A DNA stretch of 64,000 bases from a virus, in IMG/VR virus record IMGVR_UViG_3300030329_005426, positions 64,001 to 128,000 of that record. One strand, written 5' to 3'. The notes beneath the pieces are model-generated. The model was given only the letters and a program-made list of their open reading frames with translations. It did not search any database and had not been told where the DNA came from. The position numbers and the translations under genes are program-made. Below are positions 26,469 to 35,913 of the stretch, piece after piece (the stretch's first letter is position 1; every line of letters begins with the position of its first letter).

Positions 26469-27400
26469 TACTTCACGACTCGGAGCAGGATCGTCTTCTT
26501 GTTAATCCTACCACTGGGTACTTCCGATTTGGTGTTAATCGATTCCTCGAGCTTACGAAGTGTTACTTTTCCACCTTCGAGAATCTTCTTAAACACTGCC
26601 TCTGATCCGAAGCCAGGCTTCTTCTCAAACGATGACTTCTCATCGAACCGGAAAATTGTCGAGCGGCGAATTTCTAGTCCGCCACGATCCTCGGCACGAA
26701 GCACACCGATCTTATTCTGAGCGGTGTTATAGTACCAGAGCTCTTGCGCTCCAATGATACTTGCAGGGTCGATAGACGATGTCTTCGACGCATCATGCTT
26801 CTCCATGAAGTTAAAATGCTTCAGGACGCGCTCAACCGAAGGTTTCTTCTTCTTGCGCACCTTACGGTTAGACTTCTTATTAGCAGCCCAGCGCTCAGCA
26901 TTCTCGACAATGGCTTGAGTGAAATCACGAAGAGCTGTTACCTGCTTCTTCGTCATATGGCCGTATCCTTCATTGAGCTGCTCATCTTCGCCACCAAGCA
27001 CTTCATCGAGCTCATCAACCTGCGGCTTATATATCGAAGCAACCAACTCAGCCTGCGGCCGCCCAAGATCATTTTGTGACAGCCACTTGTATGAGTCAAA
27101 TTTTGACTTAAACTTTTTAATGACGAATTTGTCGATTTCCTCTTCCAGCTCACCTGCCAGGTCAGATACCTGATCACGGATCTTCTGCTGAATGGTGCGA
27201 GGGTCCTTAGGCTTCTTACGAGGCGCCTTCTGCTCAGGCTCAGGCTCCGGCGCAATCTTACCGATAAACGCCTTGCCGGCTTCGGCCTCGAGCTCGGCGA
27301 TTGATTTAAGCTCGCTAAGCGGCGTCGTCGGCTCAGGCCGATTCTGTGCTTTTAAGAATTCAGGGATAGCGAGGAGATCATCCTCATTCGGTTTGGTCAT
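26468..27400 (-). CDS. Conserved T4-like early protein
   Basis: SIDP.SIIGA.ELW.YNT, GRIN..TILLRV; own promoter. Confidence 0.65.
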   Translation of the reverse strand: MTKPNEDDLLAIPEFLKAQNRPEPTTPLSELKSIAELEAEAGKAFIGKIAPEPEPEQKAPRKKPKDPRTIQQKIRDQVSDLAGELEEEIDKFVIKKFKSKFDSYKWLSQNDLGRPQAELVASIYKPQVDELDEVLGGEDEQLNEGYGHMTKKQVTALRDFTQAIVENAERWAANKKSNRKVRKKKKPSVERVLKHFNFMEKHDASKTSSIDPASIIGAQELWYYNTAQNKIGVLRAEDRGGLEIRRSTIFRFDEKSSFEKKPGFGSEAVFKKILEGGKVTLRKLEESINTKSEVPSGRINKKTILLRVVK

Positions 27401-27429
27401 AGATTTTTCCTTCTCTCTCTATTATATTA

Positions 27430-27458
27430 ATTATATAGCAAGAGCGAAATAAAGTCAA
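27430..27458 (-). promoter_or_regulatory. Early sigma70-type promoter
   Basis: GTTGACT-N17-TATAAT. Confidence 0.8.
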
Positions 27459-27468
27459 CCCCCCCAAT

Positions 27469-28488
27469 TTACTCGTTGTTTTCCAACGAACTAAGCATGC
27501 CCTGTAATAGCGCACTCCATTCGTTCGCGCGTAAATCCCAGTTATAAAATGTATTGATGTAATTCATTGCGTGTGTGAGTTTGAGCTGAAAATCCTCCTG
27601 CCAGAGATGTGATATCACGTTATTCATCACGTTGAGATGCATCTGACAATGTGTCCCTTTATCTTCAGCATATGGATACATCGTGGCCCAATTAGCTGTT
27701 GTTTCTGGTAGTGCGGCGAAATTGGGGCAAATAATGGCACATCCAGCGCTCATAGCCTCTAAGACCGATATACAGGATGTTTCTGGCCAGCAGCTAGGAT
27801 ATGTATATATATGCGCTTTCTGGAGCGCTTCACGCACGATTTCATTGGGTTGATAGCCATGATAGTTGATTTTGGGGTGATCTCGGCAAAGTTGGAAGAT
27901 TTCTTCAAAAGGCTTGTCTTGATCCTTCCTACGAGGCCCATAGATCTCAAATGACGAATATACGTCTAAAACGACATCAACCTCAGGCCTGAGCTCACAA
28001 AAACGCTGAAATGCAGCTACAAGGATATCCAAGCCTCTATGTGGCGTCGTGTGATAAATTAAGCGAATAGGGCCGTCTTTATCCTTCTGCTTGTATTCAA
28101 TGGGGTTGATTGCGTTCTTCACGACACAGCCATCCATAAATGGAACGTTCAGCCCTTGAGCATAGGTCCATTGCTGCCAATTTGATACAAATATCAATTT
28201 TCCGAAACGAGCGCGGGATTTCTCATCTTTGAGATGAGAAGACATAGGATCGTCCCAAGTATCATGCAACCAGAGTAAATTTGTCTTATCGCTTTCGATA
28301 TTAGTCACTCTTGAGCAAATAATGTTAAAATTGTCAAGAAGGTCATTATCGACACGTTTGAAGAGCTCTTCGCGCATCATCTCAGTTCCGCCGCGGGCTC
28401 CATCATATGTGCCGTCGTCAAGCATACCTGACATATCAAATCCTTCTAAATCGTCAGGAATACCAGTAATATTCAGTTGTGTACTCAT
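27469..28488 (-). CDS. GT-B (family 4-like) glycosyltransferase
   Basis: GGTE, LWLHD, FVS.WQ, YHTTPHRGL, YPS.W.ETSCIS..EAMSAG. Confidence 0.88.
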   Translation of the reverse strand: MSTQLNITGIPDDLEGFDMSGMLDDGTYDGARGGTEMMREELFKRVDNDLLDNFNIICSRVTNIESDKTNLLWLHDTWDDPMSSHLKDEKSRARFGKLIFVSNWQQWTYAQGLNVPFMDGCVVKNAINPIEYKQKDKDGPIRLIYHTTPHRGLDILVAAFQRFCELRPEVDVVLDVYSSFEIYGPRRKDQDKPFEEIFQLCRDHPKINYHGYQPNEIVREALQKAHIYTYPSCWPETSCISVLEAMSAGCAIICPNFAALPETTANWATMYPYAEDKGTHCQMHLNVMNNVISHLWQEDFQLKLTHAMNYINTFYNWDLRANEWSALLQGMLSSLENNE

Positions 28489-28802
28489 TCGCTCATCGGA
28501 CCTTTAATTATAATAGTTTCAGGTGTAAAGGGGATTCTGGCTTCAACCACACTATCCCATCGAAAACTACGCCAAGCGTTCTTTTGACAATCCCAAACGG
28601 GTTGAACATCATCACTGTGAGTCGTAGTGCCTTTAGGCTGCTGATCTTCTGGAATCTCCGAAGAATCAGTAGTACATTCCATTTCCCGCGTTTCACCATT
28701 CTTTTTAATAAATGTCACGGTAACGAAATGTTCCGGTAACCAATGCCTAACATCTTCTCTAAATTCATTAATATCTATCAAGACCAACCTCCTGTCATAC
28801 AC
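28485..28802 (-). CDS. SH3/WYL-like beta-barrel protein
   Basis: VTFIKKNGETREM.CT...VWD..KNAWRSFR. Confidence 0.75.
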   Translation of the reverse strand: MYDRRLVLIDINEFREDVRHWLPEHFVTVTFIKKNGETREMECTTDSSEIPEDQQPKGTTTHSDDVQPVWDCQKNAWRSFRWDSVVEARIPFTPETIIIKGPMSE

Positions 28803-29089
28803 GAATCATTATAACTCATTAGATCAGTATATCCACCAATTTTTTTATTCCAAATAATTATTTGTGGGTATGTCGCAAAAACACCAAATTCATCATAAAA
28901 TTCTTCTTGTGTAAAATCATTATTGTCTCGGTTTAATACCTCAACATCAATCTTCTTTTCTTCGAAAAACCGAACGGCTGCAGTACAATAACCACAACCG
29001 TTCCGCATATAAATTTTATTTGGCAATTTCTGTGATCCTCCATCCGGCTTGTGTAAAGCAGGCGGTGCCAAACATTTCTTCATTGACAA
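28778..29089 (-). CDS. Glutaredoxin
   Basis: CGYC, TYPQI, IGGYTDL; start uncertain. Confidence 0.85.
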   Translation of the reverse strand: MSMKKCLAPPALHKPDGGSQKLPNKIYMRNGCGYCTAAVRFFEEKKIDVEVLNRDNNDFTQEEFYDEFGVFATYPQIIIWNKKIGGYTDLMSYNDSCMTGGWS

Positions 29090-29351
29090 AGGATTGGCAA
29101 TCGCCTATTTCATAATACGGGTCCCATTGAAAATTATTTCTCATTTCAGCGAGACGTTCTTTGTATTTAGGGTCCGGTTGAATGAAGATTGTCTCCTGTG
29201 ATTTACAATTAATCATTTTGCAAAACACAGGAGATATCAAGGAACCCACCAGAGTTAAAGGATCAAATGCATATGCCTTAGTTGGTAGACTTAAGAGCAT
29301 CAAGCTCAGCAGCACGCCGAGCAGACTCTTTCTTCGAAGCAGCATCTGCAT
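29016..29351 (-). CDS. Hypothetical exported protein
   Basis: Signal peptide ending AYA; four Cys. Confidence 0.5.
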   Translation of the reverse strand: MQMLLRRKSLLGVLLSLMLLSLPTKAYAFDPLTLVGSLISPVFCKMINCKSQETIFIQPDPKYKERLAEMRNNFQWDPYYEIGDCQSFVNEEMFGTACFTQAGWRITEIAK

Positions 29352-29946
29352 TCCTATCTAACTCCTTCCAAGCTTTGTTGGCCCGCAACTTATTATAAAG
29401 AACGCGATCTTTACTAAGACGTTGAGCTAAGACCTTCTTGGCCTCACTTGCTGAATATTTAAGTAATACAAAAGCTCGATATTGAGTACCATGTGGAACT
29501 ACTTCCACCTCAGCGAGCTGATAGCCGGATACATCAGTATCGTTTTGCATATTCTTAACAGCTTTTTCGAGTTCAATAACTACGGCTGAATCTAAGTCGC
29601 TAGATCCAACTTTAGCTTTAAATTGCTTAACTTGAGCCCGAAGTCTTGAGTTAATCCTATCTGCAAGAATTGACTTAGCATTAATAACAGCAAAATCAAC
29701 AGACATCTGCAGATCGGGAACAACAGAAGTACCAACAGACCAAATAGCACCTTCATCGGATTCTGGTTGCTTAAAATACCAATCAGGAATGCTATCAATC
29801 TGCTCTTTCACACGATCGCGCTTATACTTGTAAGACGCAACATCACTCTTCGATGCACCAGGTGATGCAGTATGTTGCATATGCCCGGAACAAGCAGAAA
29901 GAGCAATCGCACCACCTATAGTGGCTAATAGAGCGATCTTATTCAT
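29278..29946 (-). CDS. LPP20-like lipoprotein
   Basis: Lipobox LSAC; IPDWY...VGTS..PDLQ...AK..LAD.I. Confidence 0.7.
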   Translation of the reverse strand: MNKIALLATIGGAIALSACSGHMQHTASPGASKSDVASYKYKRDRVKEQIDSIPDWYFKQPESDEGAIWSVGTSVVPDLQMSVDFAVINAKSILADRINSRLRAQVKQFKAKVGSSDLDSAVVIELEKAVKNMQNDTDVSGYQLAEVEVVPHGTQYRAFVLLKYSASEAKKVLAQRLSKDRVLYNKLRANKAWKELDRNADAASKKESARRAAELDALKSTN

Positions 29947-30131
29947 ATCGAAGTCTCCTTCTTCGGTTGCACTGGTGGGTTTGGAGCAATAGGAAGATAT
30001 TTTATTTTTTTACCATTAATTTTCTCGTTAATGGATTCACCAATACCTTGGATATCTTTTCCCACTCCACTTATTGTATTACCACAAGCACCCAGTGTTA
30101 ATGCTAAGGCAATAATCACAAAATTCTTCAT
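29943..30131 (-). CDS. Entericidin EcnA/B-like lipoprotein
   Basis: LGAC-GNTISGVGKDIQGIGE matches the entericidin pattern. Confidence 0.75.
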   Translation of the reverse strand: MKNFVIIALALTLGACGNTISGVGKDIQGIGESINEKINGKKIKYLPIAPNPPVQPKKETSI

Positions 30132-30132
30132 A

Positions 30133-30279
30133 TCAAAATTTCCTCAATGTCTCAACGGTTGCGTCTCTGGCTCCTGTTTCAACAAATACTTTAGAAACCA
30201 TAGACATTATATCGCTACCTATATCAGGATATAGTGTAACAATGACAGCGCCGACAAAAAATCCAATTACTAATTTCAT
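30133..30279 (-). CDS. 48-aa membrane-anchored microprotein (not in ORF track)
   Basis: MKLVIGFFVGAVIVTLYPDIG...; ATGA overlap with the upstream gene. Confidence 0.55.
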   Translation of the reverse strand: MKLVIGFFVGAVIVTLYPDIGSDIMSMVSKVFVETGARDATVETLRKF

Positions 30280-30947
30280 CGGCATTCCTCCGCAAAAGCT
30301 TGCACTTGCTGGCCATTAATCCATACCGTAAAATAATTTTTATGGCATCGTGGACCTTTACGATGGCTAGCAGGCGTCAACGTTTTATGGTTACCATACT
30401 GATCAAATCCATAATGGTTGTAAACAGTATGGGTTGGAACGCGGCCGATCCTTGGCTTAGGTAAAGGAACAGCAGCAACGGGAGGAACAGGAACAGCCTT
30501 AGGCTTAACTGGCTGTACAACTGTATGTGAGACCTTTGGTTCAATTTTAACAGGTGGCTTCACTTTTGCCACGTCATTTGATCCTGCGGTACATTTCTGT
30601 GTCATAACGCCTCGAAGTTTTTCGGGGACAGTTTGACGAAGCAAGCTTTCTTTTGCTTTTGTTTCAGCTAACTTACAAGCTTGATTTTCTGATAAGTCCG
30701 GACCAAAGATATATTCACCTGACGTTGGATGCCATACATCTTTAATCTTGGCCTGAAGTTTAATAACACATTTTCGTGTGTTATCTACATAAGGAAATGT
30801 CTTCCTATCGTAATCTTTCGATGCTTCAATAACACCTTGGAATACTGTACCAACATCTACCTTATGTGCACATTTGCTTAAAGGTTCTGTAGCAAGGGCG
30901 GTTGCGCTTGCTAAACATAATATAGGAACTATCACATAATTTTTCAT
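30276..30947 (-). CDS. Hypothetical exported protein with Pro/Val linker
   Basis: Signal peptide ending ALA; Cys pairs; PV-rich linker. Confidence 0.6.
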   Translation of the reverse strand: MKNYVIVPILCLASATALATEPLSKCAHKVDVGTVFQGVIEASKDYDRKTFPYVDNTRKCVIKLQAKIKDVWHPTSGEYIFGPDLSENQACKLAETKAKESLLRQTVPEKLRGVMTQKCTAGSNDVAKVKPPVKIEPKVSHTVVQPVKPKAVPVPPVAAVPLPKPRIGRVPTHTVYNHYGFDQYGNHKTLTPASHRKGPRCHKNYFTVWINGQQVQAFAEECR

Positions 30948-30949
30948 AA

Positions 30950-31192
30950 TTAAGACTTTCTTGCGTGTGTACAGCCAATCTTCAAAAGATTAATTTCATA
31001 GCTGTCTTTCACGATATCGCTAACCGCGGCCATTCCACGGCTTTCTATAATTGACCCCCAATTCGACACGAATTCGGAACAATCTTCCATGGTTTCGAAA
31101 GAACGCGAAAGAACACGAATTTCCTCTTCCATTTCTAGTCCATCTGGGTCAGTTATAGCGAATGCTAAAAATAGCATTACAACTTTACTCAT
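30950..31192 (-). CDS. Hypothetical exported protein
   Basis: Hydrophobic N-terminus; F.T.EDC...C. Confidence 0.5.
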   Translation of the reverse strand: MSKVVMLFLAFAITDPDGLEMEEEIRVLSRSFETMEDCSEFVSNWGSIIESRGMAAVSDIVKDSYEINLLKIGCTHARKS

Positions 31193-31217
31193 ACTAGCCC
31201 CCTAACAGTTTTAGGCG

Positions 31218-31733
31218 TTAATTAACAGTATGGGAAGTTGAAACACGCAACCTAATTGTACCAGCAGGACGATAATACGTCCTTGTCGTATACTGCCGAC
31301 CCTGAAACTCATAGGTTACTAGATAGCCGTTTGGCCGTTGATTGTGTGATATTTGGTACGTAGTCGTACAAACTGTCCTGTTCTCATAACGAGTACCAGA
31401 CGGTTGAGATAAATTCCCACCGACTATAGTACCAATGATCGCACCAGCAACGGTAGCAGCTTTGTTGCCACTTCCCTTACCAACGGTATTTCCAAGCAAA
31501 CCGCCAGCAACACCACCAATAACATTAGGAACATAGCTACTAGGTGCACCAACGGGAACAAGCTGCTGAGAGCAGCTTTGAACAGGGGTTCTAACTTCAG
31601 ATGTTGCATATTGCGGTGCAACATGAAGCACAGGGGCATCTACATACTGTGCATCAATCATTGTCGGATCTGCCGCAAGAGCAGAGCCAGCAAATATGCA
31701 GGCAGCAGTAGTTGCTAGAATTGTCTTTTTCAT
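31218..31733 (-). CDS. Glycine-zipper 2TM (YcfJ-like) protein
   Basis: Signal peptide; IGGVAGGLLGNTVGKGSGNKAATVAGAIIG; GY.VTYE..G. Confidence 0.85.
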   Translation of the reverse strand: MKKTILATTAACIFAGSALAADPTMIDAQYVDAPVLHVAPQYATSEVRTPVQSCSQQLVPVGAPSSYVPNVIGGVAGGLLGNTVGKGSGNKAATVAGAIIGTIVGGNLSQPSGTRYENRTVCTTTYQISHNQRPNGYLVTYEFQGRQYTTRTYYRPAGTIRLRVSTSHTVN

Positions 31734-32131
31734 TGGGTCTTCTCCTCTTTTAGGCTTTTCTCACCATTACCACAACGCCCATGTCCATCAAAGCCTAAAA
31801 CAGGTGGAACAAAGGGATTATTGAATAACGAAGAACCACATTTATGGTTGTTGTGGTGATCAAACTCATTAATAATAAAATTTTCTTCTTGCTCTAACTC
31901 ACGCATACGCTCAACCAAATCTATAAACAGAATCATCATTTTTTCAAATTTAGATTCAACTTCATCATTAGTAGTATGAGGAACGCATACGACATTTTTA
32001 ACGCCATCTTGAGATTTAATCTCAGAAGCCACTTTTCGGCACTCATCAAGATTATCGAACATAGCTTCATATGTTGACTGAGGGCCTGGATCTGTAATAC
32101 CCAATAAAGTGACGATCATTAACGCTTTCAT
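31730..32131 (-). CDS. Hypothetical exported protein
   Basis: Short hydrophobic N-terminus; F..LDEC...VVCVP. Confidence 0.5.
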   Translation of the reverse strand: MKALMIVTLLGITDPGPQSTYEAMFDNLDECRKVASEIKSQDGVKNVVCVPHTTNDEVESKFEKMMILFIDLVERMRELEQEENFIINEFDHHNNHKCGSSLFNNPFVPPVLGFDGHGRCGNGEKSLKEEKTQ

Positions 32132-32162
32132 ATTATCCTAACTTTCTTTTGCTCATTATTTA

Positions 32163-32191
32163 ATATTAACTCACCTTAAAAATAATGTCAA
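32163..32191 (-). promoter_or_regulatory. Early sigma70-type promoter
   Basis: GTTGACA-N17-TAATAT. Confidence 0.7.
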
Positions 32192-32196
32192 CCCTT

Positions 32197-32460
32197 TTAA
32201 TCAGTTTTTTTCATCATATAAGGCTGGTATTTTCCCCAAACCTGAGTAGCTGGAACACGAATAAAAGGCTTATTTGTCTCATTGGTGTTCGGATTTGGAA
32301 TCGAAAGTACAACGTTCTTGCCTTTTTTCCAGGCGGCCTGCTTAGCGCTCAGCTTTTGCAGTGGGGTACGCGTATCACCAAGACCATTAACTACATTCCG
32401 GCGTTCGCCTTTACTAGTTTGACTAGCACGACTTTTCTTTTTACCCATTATAGTATTCAA
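32197..32460 (-). CDS. Conserved basic hypothetical protein
   Basis: TSKGERR, AW.KGKNV.L.IPNPN..ETNKPFIRV. Confidence 0.6.
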   Translation of the reverse strand: MNTIMGKKKSRASQTSKGERRNVVNGLGDTRTPLQKLSAKQAAWKKGKNVVLSIPNPNTNETNKPFIRVPATQVWGKYQPYMMKKTD

Positions 32461-33316
32461 TCCTTTCTATATCATCTTCTTCAGTTTCTTCGCCATACTG
32501 AAATTCTACAATCCGGCATGGATCATTATACGGGTTTATAATCTGATGAACACCTCCAATAGGAACATGGAATTGATCATGCAACTTTAACGTTAGGCGA
32601 TTTGTCTCCTTTAAACGTCCACTATCGATCAGATCATCCATAAAGTTATAGCGAACATCACACTTACCTTCAAATACCCACCACAATTCTGATCGTTTAA
32701 AGTGTCGTTGTAGACTCATTCCCTTACCGGGATCGACTTTAAGTTCTTTAACCTTGAGGCCTTCACGTTCCATTAGAACACGATACCAACCCCATTCACG
32801 GCGTTCTTTAGCTTCTACGAACTTATCAGTAATCCAACTAGAGCTGTTTTGTTTGTAATCGCCACCAACGCCGAACATATATTTTACGTCGTCAAAAGCT
32901 AAAGTCATCTCCGGAATATCCCCTTTAGTGCGATCCCCACCATTACAAAATATAATGTGCGAATCTGGATATAACAATTTTGTAATTTTAATTGCATCAT
33001 TAGCTGTATCGTCGTCATCATTGAATTCGATTACATCATCAACCATATGTAGATTTTCTATAATACATTTTCTCTCTTCGGCAGGCAACAGAAATCTTCC
33101 CTTTTTCCGCCGAAGCCAAGAATCACTATTTATACCAACAACAAGTCTATGACCTACCTGAGCGGCTGCATTAAAGTAAGCAATGTGCCCGCTGTGTAAC
33201 GGATCAAATCCACCTGTGACAAGAGCAACCTTATTAGAAGGTGAAGGGGGATCGAGATCGAACGGATCCATGTAATGCGCTCCGGGTATGGGGATCCGTT
33301 GTATTTCCACGGCCAT
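32441..33316 (-). CDS. HIGH-type sugar nucleotidyltransferase (RfaE/TagD-like) fused to a mannose-6-phosphate isomerase-like cupin
   Basis: TGGFDPLHSGH, GINSD.WL.RKKG, NGGDR, SSS; then R.WG.Y, SLQRH..RSE.W, EDDIER. Confidence 0.88.
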   Translation of the reverse strand: MAVEIQRIPIPGAHYMDPFDLDPPSPSNKVALVTGGFDPLHSGHIAYFNAAAQVGHRLVVGINSDSWLRRKKGRFLLPAEERKCIIENLHMVDDVIEFNDDDDTANDAIKITKLLYPDSHIIFCNGGDRTKGDIPEMTLAFDDVKYMFGVGGDYKQNSSSWITDKFVEAKERREWGWYRVLMEREGLKVKELKVDPGKGMSLQRHFKRSELWWVFEGKCDVRYNFMDDLIDSGRLKETNRLTLKLHDQFHVPIGGVHQIINPYNDPCRIVEFQYGEETEEDDIERIEYYNG

Positions 33317-34178
33317 GAAAGCCTCCTACATTTGCGATAACTAAAGTATTTTTTCTAACCGGCACTGGTTCGGCAAATAATCCTAAACTGCTTAATTCTA
33401 GTTTATTAATACGAAATGATCCTTCGGGTTGGCCTCGGCCGCGTGCTTTATCATATGTACCTTCACATACTTTAACTGATTGCGTATGATACCATTCAAG
33501 CTTTGCAGTATTCAACACTGGGCTTTTTTTAACATAAACGAATGGACCTTGCTCTTCGTGAACGCTATCAGGAAAATACCAAAATTTCAAAGCGGGAAAA
33601 AAGGTATCCATATGAACATATTTTTGTTCATCGTTATCGTCTGGTCGATTTTCTATGCGTTGAACAAATGTATTATCTTTCAAATATTCACTGACTTCGA
33701 AACCCATACATTCTCTTACCAGACTAGCCAATCCACTTGATTTCATCAAGAAACTTAAACCTGTATGATTATCAAATGTATGTGATAAATTCGAAATATT
33801 CTTATTCATAGCTATAGGATAATCCATGACCTCAACATGAATTTTCTGTGCTATTTCAGAATCCAAGAAATCTTCGATAACTATTAAACCATCTGTATCG
33901 AATTGACTATTACCACAACGCCAATAATGGATATAATGTGCCATGCACATACGCCAAACATGAAATCCCCGTTTGGCCAAACCTACATCATTGAGAATAG
34001 GGGTTGTAAAGTCTTTTTTATTTGATAGTATTAATTGGGGTACATCATCCACACCAAAATACTTTAGACCAGCCATTAAAGCTTCATGGAGCTGGTCTGT
34101 CTTGCCTTCCATCATGATGGTTTCGGCATCGCGTAATTCTTCTGTATTGAGGTAATTTGATAATAGCATTAGATCCAT
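33234..34178 (-). CDS. PhyH-like 2OG-Fe(II) dioxygenase
   Basis: HMDTF, GPFVYV..S, NTLVIAN..GFHGRG. Confidence 0.75.
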   Translation of the reverse strand: MDLMLLSNYLNTEELRDAETIMMEGKTDQLHEALMAGLKYFGVDDVPQLILSNKKDFTTPILNDVGLAKRGFHVWRMCMAHYIHYWRCGNSQFDTDGLIVIEDFLDSEIAQKIHVEVMDYPIAMNKNISNLSHTFDNHTGLSFLMKSSGLASLVRECMGFEVSEYLKDNTFVQRIENRPDDNDEQKYVHMDTFFPALKFWYFPDSVHEEQGPFVYVKKSPVLNTAKLEWYHTQSVKVCEGTYDKARGRGQPEGSFRINKLELSSLGLFAEPVPVRKNTLVIANVGGFHGRGNTTDPHTRSALHGSVRSRSPFTF

Positions 34179-34924
34179 TCCACGTTAGGACAAAATTCCA
34201 TTATAGCCTCTACGGCGGCGATGTTATCTTTTGATAATTTGAAAGGACCGTTATTCTCACGAATAATGTGCATTCTTTTATCTGGATTAAAGAGTAGGGT
34301 GCTCAAAGTAAAGCTCGAAGGCGTACCCCTTACTTCATCTGCCCAATAGATGGACTTCCAATCACGAACATCATCTTGATCAGATATTTGAAAGGATATA
34401 TCAGGATTCAATGATTTTTGTAATTGCAGGCCCAGTACGACGGCACCAGTTAGCCTTTTATCATCAGACATGATAGTAAAAGGCTTATCAAATTTTAGGG
34501 CTGCTGGGACATATGCATCAGCACTGGCCATATTTTTATCCTGCCCTCTGATATGAAGAATACGATCATATCGAGTAGAAACAATATCCGTCCTCGGTTT
34601 AAAAAGTGACTGTACCTTTCCGCGGTTAGCAAAGGCGCGGCGCATACCTTCTGGTGACCAAACACTCTGCTTTCGGACACCAGGAACATTCTTGATTGGA
34701 ATATTTGTCTCGAAAATCTCTAGCAATCGGTTATGGAAACCTGGATCGTCACCATTACCAATATTAACATGGATACCGTCAACGGTCCATTCATTATTAA
34801 AAGCAGCAGTGAGCCCCGCATGGAGCTCAAATATCTGCATACCTAATTTACCACGGATATTAACTTGCAAAATCGGGTTCTCCCATGACATCCTGAATGA
34901 AGCGCCGCACGAACAGCTCATCAA
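34169..34924 (-). CDS. Fucosyltransferase-like (GT11-like) protein
   Basis: GKLGMQIF (cf. GGLGNQMF), LHIRGQD, IMSDD, DW, SSF. Confidence 0.55.
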   Translation of the reverse strand: MMSCSCGASFRMSWENPILQVNIRGKLGMQIFELHAGLTAAFNNEWTVDGIHVNIGNGDDPGFHNRLLEIFETNIPIKNVPGVRKQSVWSPEGMRRAFANRGKVQSLFKPRTDIVSTRYDRILHIRGQDKNMASADAYVPAALKFDKPFTIMSDDKRLTGAVVLGLQLQKSLNPDISFQISDQDDVRDWKSIYWADEVRGTPSSFTLSTLLFNPDKRMHIIRENNGPFKLSKDNIAAVEAIMEFCPNVEWI

Positions 34925-35042
34925 CAGGGGACATGTTAGTTTTAACGTAGGCTACTACGTCATTCTCAGTCTTGGCACCACATTGAACGGCCTCGACTGC
35001 TAATTCTTCCATCAGTGCTTTTTTTGTCGCCATCTTCTTCAC
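34860..35042 (-). CDS. Hypothetical early protein
   Basis: Directly after an early promoter; start uncertain. Confidence 0.45.
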   Translation of the reverse strand: MKKMATKKALMEELAVEAVQCGAKTENDVVAYVKTNMSPVDELFVRRFIQDVMGEPDFAS

Positions 35043-35062
35043 CTCTTCACAGTTATAATAAG

Positions 35063-35091
35063 ATTATAAAGCAAAATGAAAATTAAAGCAA
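35063..35091 (-). promoter_or_regulatory. Early sigma70-type promoter
   Basis: GTTGCTT-N17-TATAAT. Confidence 0.65.
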
Positions 35092-35177
35092 CACCTCATT
35101 CATATCCAGAACAATTAAATAGCACAAAAGTGTTATGGATATACCAAAAATAAGGCCAAGAAAAAATTCTTTTGTCA

Positions 35178-35495
35178 TCATTTCTCCCATACATCAGTTT
35201 CACCGGGCTTTATGGAACGCATTTCAATTCCTTCGAATGCGCCGCCCAAACTAACCGTAAACGGCGCATCTTTATGCAAAGTCCAGTGAATTTCATGACA
35301 ATCAACGATGCCTGTTGATACATATTCCTTTGTCATGTATCCTAGGCCTACTAGCGTACCCATCGTGATTACATCGGGGTCGGAACAGCCTCCCATAGCG
35401 GCTACTTTTAATTCGCCGCTATCGGAGTTGATTTGATCGAGGATATCCTGACGATCCATTAGGATGCCTTCCTTTTGGCATCCCACTTGGCCCAT
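35178..35495 (-). CDS. Hypothetical protein
   Basis: Co-oriented; likely start at MDRQ. Confidence 0.5.
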   Translation of the reverse strand: MGQVGCQKEGILMDRQDILDQINSDSGELKVAAMGGCSDPDVITMGTLVGLGYMTKEYVSTGIVDCHEIHWTLHKDAPFTVSLGGAFEGIEMRSIKPGETDVWEK

Positions 35496-35824
35496 GAGGC
35501 CTTAACGGCTGCCTCGAAGCCTTCTGGCGTAACCGGAAAACCTTCGCGCTTACACGCGGCTTTAGCATTCCGGCTCATGTAGCCTTTGGACTCAAGAATC
35601 TTCAGCGGAGGAACATCAGCCGCATAAGCATCGAAATACTCTTCGACGGTGAAGTTCTTGATCAGGAAGGTCGTAAAAGGACCCATATCGCGACGATCTG
35701 TCTTGAACCGAGCGATGAAACCGCGCTTGGCGTTCGCCGGAAGCGGACCAGTATAGGTCAGATACATTCCGTCCTTGCGTAGGTTTTCTCTCGTAAATCT
35801 CATTGCTTTCTCCTTCTCTCTCAT
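35459..35824 (-). CDS. Hypothetical early protein
   Basis: GMYLTY, FIARFK, FLIKNFTVEEY; likely start at MRFT. Confidence 0.6.
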   Translation of the reverse strand: MREKEKAMRFTRENLRKDGMYLTYTGPLPANAKRGFIARFKTDRRDMGPFTTFLIKNFTVEEYFDAYAADVPPLKILESKGYMSRNAKAACKREGFPVTPEGFEAAVKASWAKWDAKRKAS

Positions 35825-35832
35825 TATAATTA

Positions 35833-35913
35833 ATTATAACACACATCGAAAAAAAGATCAACAGGTTTTTTCAAAAAAACACACTTTTCTTTTCATTGTA
35901 TATCAACGAGTTA
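35833..35913 (-). promoter_or_regulatory. Early sigma70 promoter with upstream A/T tracts and IHF-consensus site
   Basis: GTTGATC-N17-TATAAT; TATCAAcgagTTA at 35901-35913. Confidence 0.75.
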
